From the NCBI RefSeq assembly GCF_033153115.1, contig NW_026889752.1:10726001-10790000 (forward strand): DNA of 64,000 bases, given 5' to 3'. Below the pieces are notes generated by a model that was not told the origin of the DNA, did no database searches, and worked only from the letters and a program-made list of their open reading frames with translations. A program made the translations under genes and the position numbers. Of the stretch, positions 58,730 through 64,000 are shown in pieces. How positions within the stretch are numbered: position 1 is the first letter of the stretch; the number at the start of each line of letters is the position of its first letter. This stretch comes from Saccostrea echinata. Its lineage: Eukaryota.

Positions 58730-61700
58730 GCAAGTCGAGGCAGTAGGCCATGCGTCGGCTAAGTTAAGGAAGCGGCCTTGTACTGTTAACCTGCAATATC
58801 GTGATGTTAAGGAAATTGATGGTGACATTTCACAGTCAGTAACTATGGCAACACAGACGAGATATTATAGAGGACCTGGATTATCATTCTAATGTGAGTG
58901 AACGCGTTGTACACATTCCTGGAGAATCTGGAATGAAGTTAAAAGGGTTTATAGAAGGAGCACCATCAGAATGGAAATTAGACACAGGAGCCATAAATAC
59001 GTTCATAACAGAAGATGCCTATTACAGCATCCTTCCAGAACAACGACCAGTACTTGAGTTCACAAAGAAGAAATTTCAAGCTGCCGATGGAAACAACTTG
59101 CATATTATAGGAACAGCTGAAATATTGATATCATTTGCTGGGTTTAGTGTGATATTTCGTGTATTTGTTGGAGGTATTAAAACAATTTACTTGGACTGGA
59201 TTTCATTACAAGATTTAAATGCCAGTGGGACTTTGATCGTAATTTGTGTATTCTAAAATGTGTATCAGATAGTAGTTTACAGGGATCTCATGTGTTTTCC
59301 ATAGAGGTTTGTGTAATTCTACCACATCATGAAGCAATTACTACAGCCAGAGTTTACTCAGGACCAGGAGGAGGAATAGGAATTTTAGAGCCCTTGCAGA
59401 ATTTTGTACTTAGCCATGGATTAGCGGTTGCTCGTGTGCTTGTGAGTTTGGATGCTGAACAGAGTTGCATCTATTTACGGGTATTTAATCCATTTGAGCA
59501 GGAAGTACGTGTAAAAGAGAATATGGCCGTAGCATTCGTTGAACCAGTTGAGTGTGTTTCATCTTCTGTCAAAATTACAAATGTTTGTTGTGTGGATTAG
59601 ACGTCAAATAGGAAATTGCCAGATTTCCTTGAGCCGGTGTTCACTGAGGGATGTGAACATTTGACTGATGAGCAAACAAAGAAATTCAAAGATTTTCTCC
59701 TGAGTCGTGTAGAGGTTTTTGCTGACCCGAGTAAACCACTTGAGAGGGCACGTGTTGGAGAACATTTTATAAAACTGAAAGAAGAAATACCTTTTAAAGA
59801 AGTTGTAAGAAGAGTCCCAATCTTTAAACGTGAGGTTATGGATAATGAGATACAGAAACTGGAAGAACAAGGACTAATTGAGAAGTCTAATAGTCCTTGG
59901 TCGTCTCCCCTTGTCTTAGTGCAGAAGAAAGATAAGAGCTGGAAACTATGCTGAAAGCTGAACGCAAACACCATCAAGGATGCTTATCCAATTCCCAGAG
60001 TAGCAGATGATCTTTATTCCTTAGCAGGATCGGCGTGGTTTTCGTCGTTAGACTTAAACATGGCGTACCACCAAATTCCCATGCACAAGGGTGATAAAGA
60101 GAAAACAGCATTTGCTACCCCTCGTGGAGGATTATATCAATACACAATAATGCCATTCGGACTGTGCAATGCACCAGCTACTTTTCAGCGTGTTATTGAA
60201 AAAGTTTTGAGCGGGTTACAGTGGCGAATATCAGTGTTATACCTCGACGATATCATAGTTCACAGCCGTGACTTTGATACACATCTAGAGAACTTGAACT
60301 TAGTACTTGATCGATTACAAGAGGCAAATTTAAAACTGAAGGCTAAAAAGTGCAACTTTTTCCAGAAGGAAGTGAATTTCCTCGGGCATGTCGTATCTCA
60401 AGAAGGAATAAAAACTGATTTGTCCAAGATTACATTAGTGAAAGAATGGAAAGTACCAAAGAATGTCTCTGAACTTAGAAGCTTTCTTGGACTGGCATTA
60501 TATTATCGTAGATTTATCAATGGATTTGCTAAAATAGCAAAGTGTTTACATGCTCTCACTGGTAAAAATAGTACATGGAACTAGACTTCTCAATGTACAG
60601 AAGCTTTTGAATTGCTAAAGGAGAAACTTGTGTCAGCACCAATTCTTGGTTACCCGGATGTAAAGGGAAGTGAATTCATACTGGATACAGATGCTATTGG
60701 AGCAGTCCTGTCACAAATACAAGATGGTAGAGAAGTTGTTATTTGCTATGGAAGCCGTGCCCTGTCTAACTCAGAGAAAAACTACTGTGCTACAAGAAAA
60801 GAAATGCTCGAAGTAGTGTATTTCATCAAACAATTCAAACATTATTTTCTAGGACGAGAATCCTTGTTACAGACTGATCACGGATCACTAGTGTGGCTTC
60901 ATAAGATGAAAGAACCAGAAGGTCAGATGGTTAGGTGGCTTCAACAATTAGGACCAGATATATTCCGAATTGAACACCGTTCTGGGAAGCAGCATGGAAA
61001 TGCTGATGCGATGTCTAGAATTCCATGTGATTCAACTTGTAAACAGTGCAAACGTGAATCTACAAATAGTGACAGTGACAAATTCTCTCATGTTAGTGAA
61101 TTACGGGGAACTTTTAACACAATCAAAGAAGAAGACGTGTTTGCTCTTGACAGACTTTTTAGTGTTAATGTCAGTGACTGTGCACCAATACTAGGGGATA
61201 AAAGGCATAGAGCTAACAGGCCTACCAGAGCAAAAGCTAGAAAACAGCAAACAGAACCATTGGATATTCAGAACATTAAAAAACATCAACTCGAAGATAG
61301 CGGAATGCGCATTATTATCCAATGGCAGGAAAAAGGCAACAAACCCCCATTATCAGTGATATCGCGTGATATTCTGAGTGTAAATTTCGGTTTTCCAGAT
61401 GGGATTTGTTATACATGGATCATTGAATACTGTGCATTCGTTGGATAATGAGGATTACAAAATATGTGTTCCTCGGAAATTACGAAGTGTTGTGCTGTGG
61501 CAGCTGCATGATTCCATTAGTGCCGGACATATGAGAGAAAAGAGAACGCTTGCAAAAGTGCGAAATTCTCTTTATTATTGGCCAAGAATGCGACAAAGTG
61601 TGCATGATTTTGTCTTATCCTGTGATATTTGTGAGGAGAGGAAAAATCCACCAAGAAAGAAAAGATCCTGCATGAAGCAATATTTCAGTGGTGAACCGTT

Positions 61701-62766
61701 TGAAAGAATAGCAATTGATATTACTGGACCTTTTCCAAAATCGGACAAAGGATATTCTTACTTATTAGTAGTTGCTGACTACTTTACCAAATTCATGGAG
61801 ATTTTTCCTTTGGTAAACTTAGAAGCAGAGACAGTTGCTGAAGTGATTTTTAAGGGCTGGATAAAACGATATAGATGTCCAGGTGAAATTCATTCAGATC
61901 AAGGGAGACAATTTGAGAGTCACTTATTCCAAGGCTTGTGTCGGATATTTCAGATTAGCAAAACCCGGACAACCCCATATCATCCACGATCAGACGGAAT
62001 GGTCGAACGACTGAAGCGAACAATTAAAGAAATGTTGTCCAAATACATATGCTCAAATCAAACAGACTGGGATACTTACATCAATGGTATTGTTCTTGCA
62101 TATAATACTACGCCACACGAAACTACGGGTATGTCACCATATAGGATGGTATTTGGAAGAGAAGCAAAATAACCACTGAATCTCATGACTGAAAAAGATC
62201 TAACAAACAGTGATATTGAAATTAATGACGCAGAATATGTGCGCAACTTAGAAGACAAACTGATAGAAATTCATCAGTTGGCGAGGGAAACGATGAAAAA
62301 TAACTCTGAGATACAGAAACGAAATTTTGACAGAAATTTACGAGAAGTAACATACGAAGTTGGAGATTTAGTGCGCCGTAGTCAACCAAAAATTGTGGAA
62401 GGAACAAAACAAAAATTGGCTAGAAAATGGACTGGACCATGGATTATCAGAAAAAGACTACGAGAAGTATCATACTAGATAAAACATTCGGAAAATTCAA
62501 AACCCGTTATTATTTACTCAGATAACCTTAAACGATACCACGGCAGTAAAACTTTATCAGGTGTTAATTATGATGCTGATCCAGAAGACCCTGACGTTTC
62601 TAGTTTGCCGCTCCCCAACCAGACTGACCTAACTGTCTCGACACCCCATACGGAAACGACGGAACTTCAAAAGACTAGAAGAAACGTGGAACAGGAGTCG
62701 CAGCTTAGCACCACCTTGACACGCAAGGGCCGTGCAGTTAAATTACCGAAGCGTTACTTATTGTAA
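58730..62766 (+). pseudogene. pol: Gypsy pol (PR-RT-RNaseH-IN) with multiple stops and frameshifts
   Basis: LDTGA; SPWSSPLVLV; MPFGLCNAPATFQR; YLDD; FILDTDA; HGNADAMSR; H..H..C..C; IAIDITGP, HSDQGRQFE, GMVER; KWTGPW; terminal TRKGRAVKLPKRY*. Confidence 0.95.
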
Positions 62767-62793
62767 CCATTCTACAAAAAAAATTTGAGAGTA

Positions 62794-63561
62794 ATGTTAT
62801 GCGAATTTTGTGGAAGAAATATTATAAGAAAAGATAATTTACAACGACACATCAGAGAAAACCATTTGGACCAATTTATTGTAAACTGTTCTTATTGCCA
62901 GCGACCATTTTCGAGAACTTTCAGCCTAAAAAGACATTTACAAAATTCTCACAAACTTTCCGACAAAAATGCGAGAATTGAAGTGAAACACAGTAATAAA
63001 AAGAAGATGTCGCAAGAGGAACTAAATAAGGCTAAGAAAGCTGTATTTATCAGCTCGATGTATGAAGATATTACGCCAGTTAGTTCACCGCCACATCCGT
63101 CAACGGAATACGAACCAGTTAGTGAAGATGAAGATTGGCCGTCAATTGGGTCCGTTTTAGAAAACGAACTTCTTAACTAAACCAAGAAGGCCGACGCGGA
63201 TACGTTCGTAGAAGAGATCTTGTTTAGCAGTGCTGGAGAGACACAGTCAGGCCTTGGTGAATCTAGTACATGTAACTCTGACAACAATGGTTATTTAGCG
63301 GAATCCGTCGAAACTAAGACGCCAAGTGACAATACATCAAAGACAGTTACCTTAACTGAAACCATCATTATCAAGATGACTAAGAAAACCATTTCTCACA
63401 TTGATGGCACCACAGAGATTGTTCGGGATACCGAAATTTCTCATTCAGAAACTGTTAACCCAGACGAATTAGATGTTATGAAGTTTGCAACTGACGTGTT
63501 TACTGAAATTCCGGAACATTTTCGTAATCGAAACGTCAGGATTGTTGAATTAAATGATTGA
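62794..63561 (+). pseudogene. Extra retrotransposon ORF3: two C2H2 zinc fingers plus acidic Ser/Thr-rich tail, one in-frame stop
   Basis: Two CX2CX12HX4H fingers; ORF-track pieces 62785-63180 and 63220-63561 share one frame, separated only by TAA at 63178-63180. Confidence 0.82.
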
Positions 63562-63880
63562 CAAAATATTGTAAATTTGTGAACTAATGCTGATAGTGAA
63601 TGTGTTTAAATAATGTTTTTATTCTCATTATTGTTCTGATTAATATAATTTCATTGTATGCTATATGTTCTTCAGTTGTCAAAAATGTACAGTCAGATTT
63701 ATTTTTGTTTAATTGTTTGTTTATTGTACATGTATTTGAATATCTCTTATTATTTGATTAATTATGCGAAGTTAAAGTGTTGCTGATTTATGTGTTGTCA
63801 TGTATGTTTTTCTGTTTCAATTTTGTCAACGTTTCGTTTAGCTTAGTTTTTTTTCTTTATTTTGAGCGGAGTCAAAAATT

Positions 63881-63893
63881 AAGTGGGGGAGAG
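63881..63893 (+). promoter_or_regulatory. Polypurine tract
   Basis: AAGTGGGGGAGAG just before the 3' LTR. Confidence 0.9.
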
Positions 63894-63894
63894 T

Positions 63895-64000
63895 TGTAGC
63901 AAATTTATGATAGTTGATTGTCAGATTCCGGATTGTAATCATGGTTATAGCTACCTGTTATTAATTTTCTATTTAGCTGTTTAGTCGTATCTATTTGTAA
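63895..64000 (+). repeat. 3' LTR (truncated by window edge)
   Basis: 103 of 106 bases identical to 57858-57963. Confidence 0.96.

Larger units (their letters stand above)
57858..64000 (+). mobile_element. Ty3/Gypsy LTR retrotransposon, defective, running off the window end
   Basis: LTR, PBS, gag knuckle, PR, RT, RH, IN, extra ORF, PPT, LTR in that order. Confidence 0.97.

Noticed and set aside
62794-63561. ORF3 as env, or as an independent host zinc-finger gene
   Set aside because: No signal peptide or transmembrane helix; intronless and bounded by pol and the PPT/LTR.

Overview
AT-rich eukaryotic genomic DNA, most likely an oyster (Ostreidae); this is inferred from Cg170-like Helentron-associated repeats and bivalve-type tRNA-derived SINEs. 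The window covers the middle of one large + strand gene, an RNF213 (mysterin)-like AAA+ ATPase/E3 ligase. I traced 28 exons by hand (7288-55139; 4026 nt, about 1342 codons). All junctions are phase-compatible, with no stop or frameshift. They encode the dynein-like AAA core; both gene ends lie outside the traced region. The first active ATPase module is intact (GETGCGKT, FFDEAN). The second lacks its Walker B glutamate (LDEVG to LDMMG) and sits among many other non-conservative changes. Several exon boundaries are flanked by tandem duplications of their own splice junction. Introns hold nested transposons: Helentron/HINE, mariner, hAT, Kolobok-like, RTE and CR1-like LINEs, Penelope and SINEs. 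The last 6.1 kb is a decayed Ty3/Gypsy LTR retrotransposon with an extra two-finger C2H2 zinc-finger ORF where env would sit. There are two N gaps. All alignments were made by eye and reference motifs are recalled from memory; no searches were run.
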